From: Blastocystis sp. Blastoise
Taxonomy: Eukaryota; Protista; Bigyra: Opalinata
Assembly (NCBI GenBank): GCA_039096225.1
Contig: JBBPEB010000014.1
Coordinates: 2,323,978 to 2,387,977 of the forward strand
DNA length: 64,000 nucleotides
Direction: 5' to 3'
Shown: positions 38,170 to 52,129 of the stretch, piece by piece
How the letters are laid out: the number at the start of each line of letters is the position of its first letter
How positions within the stretch are numbered: the first letter of the stretch is position 1
Position numbers and translations under genes: made by a program
Notes under the pieces: generated by a model
What the model saw: the letters and a program-made list of their open reading frames with translations, nothing else
Database searches by the model: none
Told to the model about the DNA's origin: nothing

Positions 38170-39400
38170 TTAAAGTCAATTTTTTAGTCAAATACTAAAA
38201 ATTCTCATAAAAATTCATTTTTAAATTTGTTTTTTAATTTTTATGACTCAGTACTAAAGTAACAAGTTTTAACAATTATATATTACACTATTGACACAAC
38301 ATTATTGTATCCCACTACTTTCAGGTTTTAAAAAATTACTCATTTTTGTCGACTCTCTGATCTGTTGACTAACTCGTCTAAAAACTATTGATTATAACTT
38401 AAAACATTTTTATAATACATAATTAACTCTGAAAATCACTTTTTAAAAGATTTTTATTTGATTCTGAGGAAAAGTAGTTTTTTTAGAAGTTTTGACATAC
38501 TCTTTGTATGCGGAACTTTAAGTCATGATAGAATAAAATGAAAAAAGTCTTTTAAAACTCTTATGTCGTCTGATATATAATAAAATAAAAATAGACTCAG
38601 TTTTGAACAATAAAATTATTCCCGTAAATATTTTAAAAAATCAAAACTCTGGTCTGACTGCCCATGGAATAAATAGGCTCGGTTCAATTTTTCAGTGTAA
38701 AAAAAATATAATTTTTTGACTTTTTGGCTGAATTTTGGTTCTGAGCCATAGAGGTCAGCTGATTGACTTTTAATTACATTTATGACTCTGAGAGGGTCTT
38801 CACTTCAAACACAACTATAAAATATTTTAAAATATTGACCCCATTATTTGTCGGAATTGCGACTTTAAAATAAAGAAAAACGTTTTGGATATTGTGTGAC
38901 CCTCAATAAACAAAAAATAATGTCAATTCTTTATTAAAATATGTCTAATAGGGTTTTTAAAGTCTAATAGAACGTCGTCTTAAAAATTTTGTGAAAATTT
39001 TCATTTTTTTGCCTAAGTCTTTTTTTTATTCAAATTTTATTGGCTGAATAAGTTCTGAACGAAAATTAGCCAATCAAAAACCTTCAAAAACTCAAAAGTG
39101 CCTACCAGTGAAATGTAAATTAGGAACTGTACACTCTGATTTAACTAAGTTTATTATGAGTTAAGATCAATCATATAACAAAATATACCTAAAGATATCA
39201 ATCCTAAAATACAAAAAAGAGCAACAAACTGTTTCATTTCCTGTTAACAAAAAAAATACTTAAAAAAAGTAATTTTTGTTAGTTTTTAGGCTTGACATTA
39301 TTTAACTAAAAAAAATGGTCTTAGTTGTTTTGCTTTTTAATCGAATGATATCCACAATACGACTGGCTCAAATATGTCAATGACATAGAGTTTCACATAA
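38170..39400. promoter_or_regulatory. GAC/GTC-rich island upstream of the 33.9-38.1 kb gene
   Basis: Dozens of TGAC/GACT/AGTC/GTC motifs (for example ATGACTCA at ~38243), interspersed with A/T homopolymers. Lacks the (TA)n runs typical of introns. Confidence 0.35.
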
Positions 39401-40549
39401 AAAAACATATATGTTTCTTAGGTAAATTTTTAGTACTTTCTTTTAGTAATGTAAGTTTTTTTAAAAGAGATTTCTTCAATTCTATTAAATTAGTATAACA
39501 GACTATTAATCCATTAATATATGTGATTCAATATTTCTCTATTAAAAAGATAATTTGTTAAAACCATCAAAATGATGTTTATAATAACGAATGATCCTGA
39601 AGAATAACTATGACAGTTGGGTTTTTTGTAAAGTTTAATTCACTTAAAAAAGATATATATAGCATATTATATTTTGAACATTAAATTTCTTATGCAAAAA
39701 TGTTAAAAAGGATTCCATAAAAAGAAACTTTTTTAGTGAAAACTTTTTTTAGTTTTTCTTTATTCTTTTGTATAGAGTAAATATTAATATTTTTTACAAT
39801 ATGTTTAGTTAATGAAGGCCTCAAATGATAGAGTAGAGTTGATTGTAGTTGTTCTTGTTAAACATTTAAGTAGATAGGAAATGTTGACTTTCGGTTTATT
39901 AAAGGGTTGTAAATTGTATTTAAAATAATGTATAGAGATAAAATATAAAGAAAATAGTTTTATTATAATGATAATTATAAAAGAATATTAAAAAATAGAA
40001 CACAGATTGTTGTTAAAAATTGATTTACGGTAAAAGTTAACTGAATCAGAATAATTTTGTTGAATTTCTTGATTAAAACTTTTGTTTTTTAAACTTTCTC
40101 TTTTAATTATTATTTTTTGCTGTAATGATTTAATTAGATTTAATAGATTGAATTACATTAAAGCAAGATATCCCTCTTCAATGTCTAATGTTTATTTTAG
40201 ACTTTATTTGAGTTAATTGCATTGGTGTTTAGAAGTCAAATTTATTTGAGATTGGATCTTTTGTTATGTTCTGAAATTCTTCAGTATAACATTTCAAATG
40301 AGATATTAAATCAAAAAATACTTTTAGTATATATTAGTTTTCTTAATTAGTTATATTTATTTAATATGCGTTTATTTTATAGTATTTAAATGAATACAGA
40401 TCATTTGATGTATTTATTATGATTATTAATTGATATTAGTATTGATTCTTTATGAATTAGCTATAAATTTTTTTTATATTTTATAAATTTTTATTTCATT
40501 GATTTTATTATTAATCTTTTGTAATTTTATAATAATAATATTATATATA

Positions 40550-42000
40550 TGTAGATTTATGATTTAAAAACAAATAGAAAAATATAAAAGTATATATATT
40601 ATTATACTCATTAAATATATATATGTATTTCATGATAATATTTGATTCTATATAAAGAAAGATATAAGGTTTAATTCCGAATACGTGTTATATATGGAGT
40701 TAAAAGATAAAGTAGTGTCGGTTTTCTATATATTTATAACTAGTCATGTATTATTAAATGTAGAAATAGTAGAAATTACAAAATGTCTTTCTTAAATGTT
40801 TTTTTTAAATAAAGTATATATATATACTATTTATTAGTATTATTGATATAGAACTTTAATGAAAAAATTAAGCCCTGTTAAAAAATTTTAAATCTAAACT
40901 TTATAATAATAAGTATATATATTGGAAATATAATAAAAATATATATTATATATATTATATATACATATTATATTTATTGATAAATTTACAAAAATAATAA
41001 ATCTTATAGTATATATATGCAGGTTTGTTTCAAATCATTTGGGTTATAATATGTTGAAGATGGATATTGATTTATATGAAGAAGAAGAAGAATAAGAAGA
41101 AGATCGAAATAAGAGAATAGAAATTTGTATGAAAAGAAGAGTAATATGAGTAGATGAAAGATCATAGATGGAAATAAGAATGAAATGAGAATGGAACAGA
41201 GATAAGAATAAGAAATATATATGTAATAGAAGAAGAAGGAAAAAATGAGAATAACCAATTTTAAATGAGAAAGATAAGGAATGGGCAAGGATAAGAATAA
41301 AGATAATTTCATAGAAAAGGAAAGGAGATGAAGAAAGAGAAGTAAAAGTAGAAAGTGTATAGAAAGAACATGTAGATGAAGAAATAAAAGGAATGGAATG
41401 AAAATATATATAATTGGAAGGAGATGAGAAAGGAAGTAATGATATAAAAAGGAAATGAAAAAGAAGAAGAATAAAGTGATGAAAATGAAGAAGAGTAGGT
41501 AATGATAAGAGAAGAAGAACCAGTAATAATTAATAGAAAGGAAAGAAGAAAGAGAATGAAAAAACTGGAATATACTATAAAGGAACATGAAATAAAACAG
41601 AGTATTAAGAATAACTATAACTGTTTTATGTAACATAAGAATATAAAATAAGTAGAATTAGGAGAGAAGAGTGAATAGAAGAGTGAAAGTGAGAAAAAGA
41701 CAAATATAGGACAAGAGGAGAAAATAAGAATGAAGAAAAATATATATAAAAATTTTGGATATATATATATAAATAAAAATGAGAATAATTAAAAATAAAT
41801 TTGCTCAATAAATATATTGAATGACACTAATCACAAAGATAAATAAAAATGATTCTCAATAATAAAGAAAATACTACGACGTAAACAAAGTATAATAAGG
41901 TAATGTTATATATATATACCATATAAAAGAGAAACCAAGAATATAGTGATCCGAAAAGCAAGAATTAGACTCTATAGCATTACAATAAATTATATAAAGT
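40550..42000 (+). pseudogene. Decayed gene with an E/K/R-rich purine exon
   Basis: An acceptor at ~41021 is followed by SNHLGYNMLKMDIDLYEEEEE*EEDRNKRIE... with many stops. Flanking TA-rich GT-AG-like introns. Confidence 0.4.
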
Positions 42001-43442
42001 ATTATATAATAATGGTTATAAAAAATATATAGAAATAAAAATATATATATTTACAATCTGAATATAAATCAAGCCAATCTATATCAATAATGAATATTTG
42101 AACTTTTTAGATAGTTTATTTGGCAAAGAAATTTACTTTATTATATTATTTAAGACAAATCTATCGATACAATTAAGTTCTTTTTTCCTAAAAGATTTAA
42201 AAGTCATTCAGTTAGCATGATGAGTCAATTATGACTATCTTAGGAAGCCTAAAGAAATGGTTTTGTGTAGTGACGTCACATCATCCCATTTATAACAACA
42301 AAACAATAGCTGATCATCTAGTTCAACCAAACTGCATCACCTAGATAAGCTCATATTAGAAGATGGAGACAGACCAATGCAGATTAATTCAACAATGGAG
42401 ACTGCAAGACACTCTAATATACTTCTAGGGCCTATATAAAGATAAATATATGCTTAAAGCATACAAAAACGAGATTAATCATATTTTTATGGGATTATTG
42501 AAACTTCACAATAAATTAATTTATTAAATTCTATTGGGATCTTAATAATTCTTCTTTTTATTGATTATTATTTTATTTAAATACTTTAAGCTGTTTTTCT
42601 TTCTCTTGATGTCTTGTTGTTATTGTTGGAATATATATTTAAGTAAATAAGATTAGTTAATTGGTTAATTATTTATAGAGTATTGAATACAATAAAACTG
42701 ATAATTTCAGTCATAAGGAAATCGTTATACTTGATGAAATTAACAAGAATGAGTTGCATATACGATAGTCATTTGATTGAGTAAATTAGTGGAATTATGA
42801 GAAAAACTAGGTTTATGTGTGTTTAAATTTAAATTCTATATTGTTTTGAATAGGTCTTTTAGTAAACAAATCATTTATGATAGAGTTACAAGCAAAATTG
42901 ATTTTTCTTATTGATATGTTGAGTTAGAATATCGTTATTTTATTTTTCTATAAATAATTTGAATTTTCTTCTGACATATTTATCCAGATGCTAATTAGAA
43001 TAGTTTTCTAGGTAATATAAATCTGTTTAAGTTCTTCAAAAGTATTAAAAAGTAGTTTATAAATGTTAGAAATGATTATTAATGTCAATCATGTTAATAC
43101 TAACAATTAAAATCACTTCTAAGAGTATAAACAAAGAATGCATTGTTCGTTTATAGTCTTCAAGCTATTATTGATGAATATTTATATTTTATTTGTGTCT
43201 AGAATGGATCAATAAGATGATAAACAGAATGAATTAATGAAGAGAAGATTCTAAGTGAATGTAATTGTGAATGTGTTGTGTGTTAAGTAAACGTATCTAA
43301 AAACATTATATACAAATGACAAACGATTCATAGAGTTTATTTAATTACTTGAAACTCAACATAACGAATTAATTTGATACATATGAATGAAACTATCTAT
43401 AGAGAAAAAATATTTATAATTTTCCAAAAAACATAATAAATG

Positions 43443-43511
43443 ACCTTAGATCAGGAATTGAACCTGATAACAATCTATGAATGATTGTTACTGACCATAT
43501 TCAGTCTAAGG
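43443..43511 (-). ncRNA. Non-canonical tRNA-like RNA with UCA at the anticodon position
   Basis: CCTTAGA-CTGA ATATGG TCAG-TAACAATC ATTCATA GATTGTTA-TCAGG TTCAATT CCTGA-TCTAAGG-T. Perfect 7/4/8/5-bp stems, B-box GGTTCAATTCC, D-loop GG, and T6 12 nt downstream (43426-43431). Confidence 0.7.
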
Positions 43512-44149
43512 AATATTAATTATATGAATATAACTCTATGTACATTTAACAGAAAAGAAACTATAAAAAAAATTATATATATTGTATATAAACGATTACT
43601 AAAGAACCTATATAATGAAAGACTGTAGAATAAAAAGATTTAGTAGAATATATAAGGAATATAAGTATAATAAAGAATATAATAAAAAAAAGCGATTAAC
43701 ATAAAATCAATATTGTATAATATATACATATATATATATAGACAGGAAAAATGTAAGAGATATCTTCTATAATAGACAGTAAGAGAATGAAAAGAATAAA
43801 AAAAATATATATATGTCTGAATCGGCTATAATTAAGTTTAGAATATATATATTATTATAAGAGAAATAAAAAATATAAAGTAATATTTATATATAGAATA
43901 CTTAATCAACAATATAATAATAGTTTTTATAAATAGTCTAGATTTTATTGGTATAATTAATAATATATATAAAGAAAAAAAATCTTATTGTAAAATAATA
44001 ACTAGAGAATATATAACAAGGATTAAATATATATTAAAAAAGGTTGAATTCTATATACAAAAGAGTATTTGTTTTAGATCAATCCTATATATATATAAAT
44101 GTGTATGCAGAAATAATAGTATTAAAAAAGAAACCTATATATATATATA

Positions 44150-45950
44150 TAATTCTAATCTTATCTGAAATCAAATGAAAGCCACTGTTAAAGACTATAT
44201 ATATGAAATCTAGATAAAAAATATTAACAATTCAAAATTAATTAAAAAATTTTTATATACGAATTATGTTACGATTATATAAACATAAGAATATATATAT
44301 ATACAATAATAATAAACAAAAGAGTTCAATATATAGCATACCTTAGAAACACGAAAGGATAACTTCTCTATAAATGTCATTATATACACATTATATCATC
44401 ATTAACTATAAATAATTATATAAGATTATTATCTCTAATATCTATATATAATAGTCAAATAATAAGTGTATATGAAATATAATAGTCATATAAATATTAA
44501 ACTATATAAACTATTTGAATAATATAAAAAAAGAATCCTCTAAACATTTATAATAATAATAATAATAATATATATACTAATAACAATATCACACTATATA
44601 TATATAACTATATACCTTCTATACATTGAAATTAATAAGTATAAATTTCATAATATAAGAATAAAATATCATTCTATATATAAATAAAATTAATATATAA
44701 ACATATATATATTATAAAATAATAAACACCACAATATATTTGATAAAAAATAATATATTAGAAATATATGAATGTAATATATATATACCTAATCACGTAG
44801 TATTATTGATGTAGAGTCACTGATTAAATATCTATAATAATAGTATATATACATATATATAGAGTAAAAATAATATATAAATTAATATAAAATATTTAAA
44901 AAATTGATGAGTCATAATATATGTTTATATATAATAAAAAATTTATTTTATATTTATATTGAATTGTTTTGTGTCTATACATTAATAACCAATATATATA
45001 TATAAGAGAAAGAGTGTAATATATATATACCTTTTGTAAAGTAACTAAATAATCTAATTTAATCATTATTATGTCTATATAGTAATTATAAAATATATAA
45101 ATATAATATATATATATAATAGAACCTCAGTCATAAGGAAATAAAAACTATAATAAAAATTTAATTTAATAAATATATATATAAATTTAATAAAAATAAA
45201 TAAATAGATACTCTTCAAGTATGTATATATATTAAGATTTTTTCTATATATAATCATTATTAATTCACATATTAAATATAAAGAATAATTCTTAATATAT
45301 ATATATATACACTCAAGGAGTCGATGATGGTGATAAAACCAAATAGTTTCAAGAATTCTAAACCAATAATCAGTCACCATTTTTCTAATAAAATATAAAA
45401 CCACTTGAATATCTAGAAGGACATAGACATCATTTTCTTAGTAATGGAGACCAATTGTTTTTTTATTTTTAATAATTTCCTAAAAATAATTGAATATTAA
45501 AATAAGATATCACGTAACATATCACTAGAGCATTCACCAAAGAATGTTCTCAACGATGAAATGTCCATCATTACGTTTTCTTCCAATATCGAGTAACCAA
45601 TGCTATCAGTCTATTTACACCAGTTTTTTAAACCTATATAAATAATATTAAATCAAATAAACACATACTTTAAAGAATGAATCACCAATTGGTTTATTAT
45701 TTAAATTCATTTCAATTCTAATCTATCATAATATACCGAATAAAACATACTATAAATATAAATAATAAAATAACACTCTATAAAATTAAATAATCCACAT
45801 AATAATATTTAGATAATATTTTTTCTTAGGAATTCATTTAAGCTGATGCTGAAAATTGCTTTCACGGATTGAAAGCAATCTAAAAGACTCCAAGAATAAG
45901 GACCATATCAAAGAAGACTTTTTTTCCCATACTTTGAACGTGGAATTTAA
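44150..45950 (-). pseudogene. Decayed multi-exon gene remnant
   Basis: Coding-like blocks such as HWLLDIGRKRNDGHFIVENILW* bounded by GTAT/TATAG introns. No continuous frame. Confidence 0.35.
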
Positions 45951-46561
45951 AAAAAACCCATTTTTTAAATTTGCTTATATCTCTATCCATATTGTGTATT
46001 CATACTTATTAAATATGTATATTTATATTTAATTATAATAGCAATACAAAACAACTTTAGAACAGAGAAAGAATTTCTTTTATTAACATTATTAACAAAA
46101 TACTATCGAATTTATTATTTATTGAATTTCAGTAATGTTTATTATAATAGATATATAAATAAAAAGATAGCACAGTCGAATTAGTGCTTATTGATGTATT
46201 GATTTTAGTGTAATTCCTCATTAAATCTGATATATTTTTTCTCAAAGAAGGATGATATATTCATATACGTTTTTAAAACAATAAATCTCTATTCAAATAA
46301 AAAAATAGAAGAAATATCTCTGAAAATGTCTGAATAATTATAATCATGAAAATTCTTTAATATCTTACTAACAAATACAATAAATTCACGAATTTATTAT
46401 ATAAAAAAAATACAATTTTTTTTCTTTGTTATCTCAATGATTTATTATATTTTTATTATATTATAGTCATTAAAAAGGTGTTTATACGTTATTTATATAG
46501 ATTATCGTATTTTGAGTATAATACTATATGATCATTTTCTGCTTATAGTTGTATTTGAGTG

Positions 46562-49500
46562 ATGTCAGACACTAAATCTTGGTTAAATGAAGAGAAATGT
46601 ATCTGAATATGAATATAAAAAAATTATCAGTTCTAGATTTGTTTACATTTCAAGATGAGACGCAATTATGGATTTCAAGAGAATTTATAGAGAAATATCC
46701 TGAATTACACTTTCATGATATTATACAGCACCCTTATAAATATGAAGATTGCAGTTATTAATAGATATACCTTCACTGAGCATGGATAAAGTGATTTCTT
46801 TTTTGATGGACGATAACAAGGATATTTATTCTTTAAATCTACGAGATAGTTATGATATATATAAAACAATTTTAGAATATCCTGATTTTACTGATATCAC
46901 AATACGAAATGATTTATTATTTCATATAAAAGAATTATTTCCTATATATTTAAAAGAAAATGATTATACACTATATAATTACATGCATCAGATGAAAAGT
47001 GTGGATAATTTAAAGTTCCCTAAGGAATTATTTAATTTAAATAAGAAAGAAATTGACATAGATGGTATTTATGTTATTCTTTACTAATAATGTATTATAC
47101 AAGGATTATTTACTCCTCAACGAAAAGATGAATTATTATATTATTCTCTTCTTTTTAAAATTATGAATATTACTAAAGTTGATATTAAATGTATATATTT
47201 AATATATTAGTTTATGATAATAACATATATAGATAATTATGCATCCGATATTCCATTAGAATATATATGTCCATCATGTATTCAAGATATATTCCCTTCT
47301 TTAGAAGAATTAAAAGTAATTAGTATATATATAATTTTATAATAATAAATATACCTATAGTAACAACACATTATAAGAAAACTAATCAATTATTGAATCC
47401 AAATAGTGATGAATATATAATGGAATATTCTCGCCTATACTATAGTGATGAAGATAAAATAAAGAATTCTGATGATTATGAATATTATACTGAATCAGAA
47501 ATGAATGAATATAATAACATGTCTTCTTTAGATACCAATAAACTAGATTATACATCTGTTTTGATTGATTCGTATAATGAAAGAAGAGAAGAGAATATGT
47601 TACCTAAATTATATAAATATGTTGTTGATGAAGCTATATATAAAAATGATTATTCAGAAGTAAAGAAATGCTACGTTAATAACACAGAAGATAGAATCAT
47701 AATTAAATATGATGGCATATATATATATATATTCTATCGCTTCCTTTATTTTATTATCATTTTATAGATAAGAAAAACAGCAAAACATTTGGGTATATAA
47801 TGATATTCTTCTATATTAAGAATGATTATTAAATTATTCTAATATATATATATATAATATAGAATTGACAAAGTATCTTCTAAATGGGGTATTTCTCAAT
47901 TATTACATCTCTTTTCATATTATTCAATTTCACAAATCGAGATTATTACATGTGTATTTATATATATATAATAAACTATTAATATAGATGATTATTCACA
48001 ATATAATGCATCAATAATGGCAAAAGCATTGGAAGAAGGTGTTCTTGATTCTTCAACTACATTAAGTGTTTTCTGCAGTATTCTTTTCTATTTATTATTA
48101 TCAATATTATTATTTAATATAGTTATATATCTTACTAACAAAATTGATGAGAATTTATTTAACAGAATAATGACAACTCATGTATTTCCAAATGTTACTG
48201 AACTCATCTATGATGATGATGATCGTATATATATAATAAATTAGTTATTCTATATATATAGTATTGTTCCAATTATCTTCAATAAAAAACGAATGTTTTC
48301 CCAAATTACATATTATTAATTACGATATACATATAGGTATATTAATGTACCTATAGTTTATCTATTGTTATATAATAGATGTTAATAATTTTGAGTCACT
48401 ATTTCCTAAGAATTTAATGTCTATGATTGATACTAGTCATATAGATAGAATTGATTCTGATCAAAAGAATGAAATAACCTGTCTTTTAAATAAACTAGTG
48501 TATACTCATTCAATTCATATTGATGGAATTGGTATATAGCGAATTTATTATATATATATATTTAAGAATGTAATACTATTTACATAAATAATTCTATTTA
48601 TTTTCTTCGTGTATAGATAATTTTGAGAATTGTTTTCCGAATTTAAAAGAATTATTAGAAAAAAATCTTATTTCCTTTAAAGAACTTTCTAGTATAAAAC
48701 ATTTCTTTATTTTTTCTAATATATTATATGTTTATTATATATATTTATATTCTATAAAGTTGATTTTACTGATTCTGAAAATATCTTAAAGCTAGATTAT
48801 TTTGAGAAATACAACCAAAATATTGATTGCATAGATATTACATTTGAAGGTATCTATTTATATTTAATAAATATATAATATATGACAATAATATATATTC
48901 ATTTGTAGAAGAAGAAGAAGAAGAAAATAATAATAATAATAATGAAGAACATAGTGATGATAAGCAACCTAGTAAAAATGATATAAGAAACTCTTTATCA
49001 AAATTCTTAAAGAGTAGTGTATTACAACATTTGAATAAGTTAACTGTTTCATGTATATTCATTCTTTATATTAAATTATTATCTATTTCGTATAATATCT
49101 ATAGTTGAAGAAGATAGTAGTATAAATTATTTAAAATGGGTATCAAGTCTCTTTGATAACAATATGTTTAATACTATTCATGAATTAACTCTTAATTGTA
49201 TATTATAGTATAAAAATTATATATATATATATATGTAGTATTTTCTATTGATGAAGACACATCCTCTAAATATTTAAATGAATATAAAAATATAATCAAG
49301 AAATTAATTCCTAAGGCTTCTAATGTTATAATACATTGTATATATATACATATATATTATGACAAATTAATAATTATTTAATTACATTATTATATTAAAG
49401 GTAATATGACTTTTATAAACCAATTAATTCAAAAAGAATATTTCCATAATACAAATAAATTAACTATAAGTATATATATATATATAATATTTTAATTATA

Positions 49501-50349
49501 GTATATAATATTATCTCATCCTAATTATAATACATTTCATTCTAGATACCAACGATATACCCAATGATTTTTTTTTCAAACTATATACTACGGATAATTT
49601 CCCTCAATTAAAATCTATACAGTTTTGTATATATATGTATATTAAGAATAATAATAATTATTTTAATAATATATATCAATAGGCTGCCATTTTTTTACAG
49701 ATTTTTCTTCTGTTTTTATTCAAGAATTATGTAAATATATACATAATAATAACTTTCTATCATCAACTACTATTCAATTATATGGTATGTAATCATATAT
49801 CATTATAGTAATATTCATTAATATTTTTATTGATATAGAAAACTTCTCTAATGATAAATATATTTATAATCCTGAAGTTTCAATTTTTAGACTTAAATAC
49901 GACACTAATATATTTATGGATACAATTATTGGTACAAATGGTATATATATAAATATATATAACATAGTATATATAAATATAGATAAAGTGATGAATAAAT
50001 ATGAGATAGAAACATTATTTGATTGTATAAATGGAATTCAAACTAAACATTTAAAATACATAAAAATATGTATATATTAGTCTTCAATCTATTGTATAAT
50101 ATTTCATTATAATAGATATATATGATGAAGAACAATTATCAAAACTTATCAATTTTATTACTTTAGGAAAGATTTCTCAATTGAAAGAAATTATTATTTA
50201 CATTAGTATATATATAATTATTTATATTTATATTCTATTATTTAGGTGATAAGATCTCTTCTGAACATATTGATATATATAAAAATAAACTGAATTATTC
50301 GTCATTTATTCAAGAAAATCATGTAAATTATGAATTCAACTTATTTTAA
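46562..50349 (+). pseudogene. Family A paralog 2 (BTB-like/LRR-like) with an early 1-nt deletion creating TAA
   Basis: TAT GAA GAT TGC AGT TAT TAA at ~46741-46761 versus GGT AGC TAT TAT ATA GAT in paralog 1. The rest of the exon chain is well preserved, so a consensus error is possible. Confidence 0.65.
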
Positions 50350-52129
50350 TTTTACTTTTTTTGCTGTTTTTTAATATTTATATTGTTCTAATTAATTCTC
50401 TATTTCTTTTCATATTTCTCAGAAAGTATTCATAACGTTTCTACTCATTATATTGTATATATTTTTGTTTCATTTTAAAGTTGTAATGATTAAATACATT
50501 TGAAATATAGAAGCAAATGATTAAAACGATTTAGGTTTGAATATGATTTTTATACTTATTAGGAATCTATTGTTATATTCTAAATACTCCTCTTTATTAG
50601 TATTATTTCTATCAATATAGATCTATTTCAATGATATATAAAGTATAAGTAGATATCATTTTTTTATTAAAGTAGACTGTATTATATTTTTCAAATGATA
50701 GAGAATACAGAAAAGATTTTTACTTTATTAGTCCTATTTTTATTAATATACTAAAAAAATAATAAGATTCTTTTTTAAATAATTTATAACTTGATTAAAA
50801 TAGTGTTATATAAGATGCTTGTTTAATTATTTAATAAGAATTTTCAAAAAATAATTATATGTAATATATAATACATTGCTTATTGAATTATATATTTATG
50901 CTATGATAAATAAGGTTTATAAATTATTGAATTATATGTATATAAACAGAAATATCAATGAATATATGTTTTATTTAATAATTATATGCGTTGACAACAA
51001 CTATTTATGAATCAAATGAAGTTTTATATGGGTAGTGATTTTATCTTAAATACATCATAATTTATTAAATAACTTTAAATATATGTAGATTATTAGTTGA
51101 AAACTGTAAAATAAATATAATCGATATTATTCTTATTAATTGATATATTACATTTATTAACATATCAAAAATATTGAAAACTATATATACATTTATATTA
51201 GCATTAATATCTTTTTGAATTTGCTATCAAAAATAGTTGTTACTCATCATATTTATAGATAATATATTATGAATAATAATAATAAATTACATGGGATATC
51301 ATGATAAATTATTGTATAAAAATTAGAGGACAATATGGTGTGAAATAGAAGTGGTACTAATAATAATAAATAGTAGAGAGAAATGATGGAAAGAGGAGAT
51401 ATAACTGCGTCAGAAGACAATAGAAAATATTTTTGATTAATCTATATATATATGTTGCAAATATATTTTATTAAATAAAAGAAACTTGTTAATTATAATT
51501 AGAAAAAGAGAACGATTATAAGAAAAACATAACAATAACATTTTAGAATAGTCATAATTATCAAAGCCAAGTATATATATTATACATAAATATAAGTAAA
51601 ACATATTTTCAGATAAAATAAGAGGATTACAGAAGAAATTGCAAATCAAACAAGTTATCAAAAATGAATAAGAATACTGTAATATTATACTAGTGTTGCA
51701 TATGTTTTATCAGTATTCAATTCATTGTTTAAATACTAAATGATGTGAAGATTTAGTAATGAACAGTCCATTCTAACAAATTTATAGCATTCTTATATGA
51801 AATATAATAATTCACAATTATTTGAAATACTTCTTATACTTATAAATGCAAAATAAGTGACTAATAAGGAAAGAAAATTAATTGAAAAATAAACACGGGA
51901 AATTATTTTCCAAAAAAAAATTAAACGAGACAACAAATACTTTGGGAGTGACTGAAAGAAATCCACGACAAAAAACCTACCCTACAAAATTAATATTGTT
52001 CGCCTTGAAGAGGGAGAAACACATTTAAAAGTAGATACTTGTATTTCAAAAGAGTTTCTTTAAAAGAGACTAAGCTTTTGAATTAGGGATACTGCTTTGT
52101 TCTTCAAATATTCATATTTCATAAATCAA

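Noticed and set aside
38675-38700. GGTTCAATT as a second tRNA B-box
   Set aside because: No T-stem or cloverleaf can be formed.
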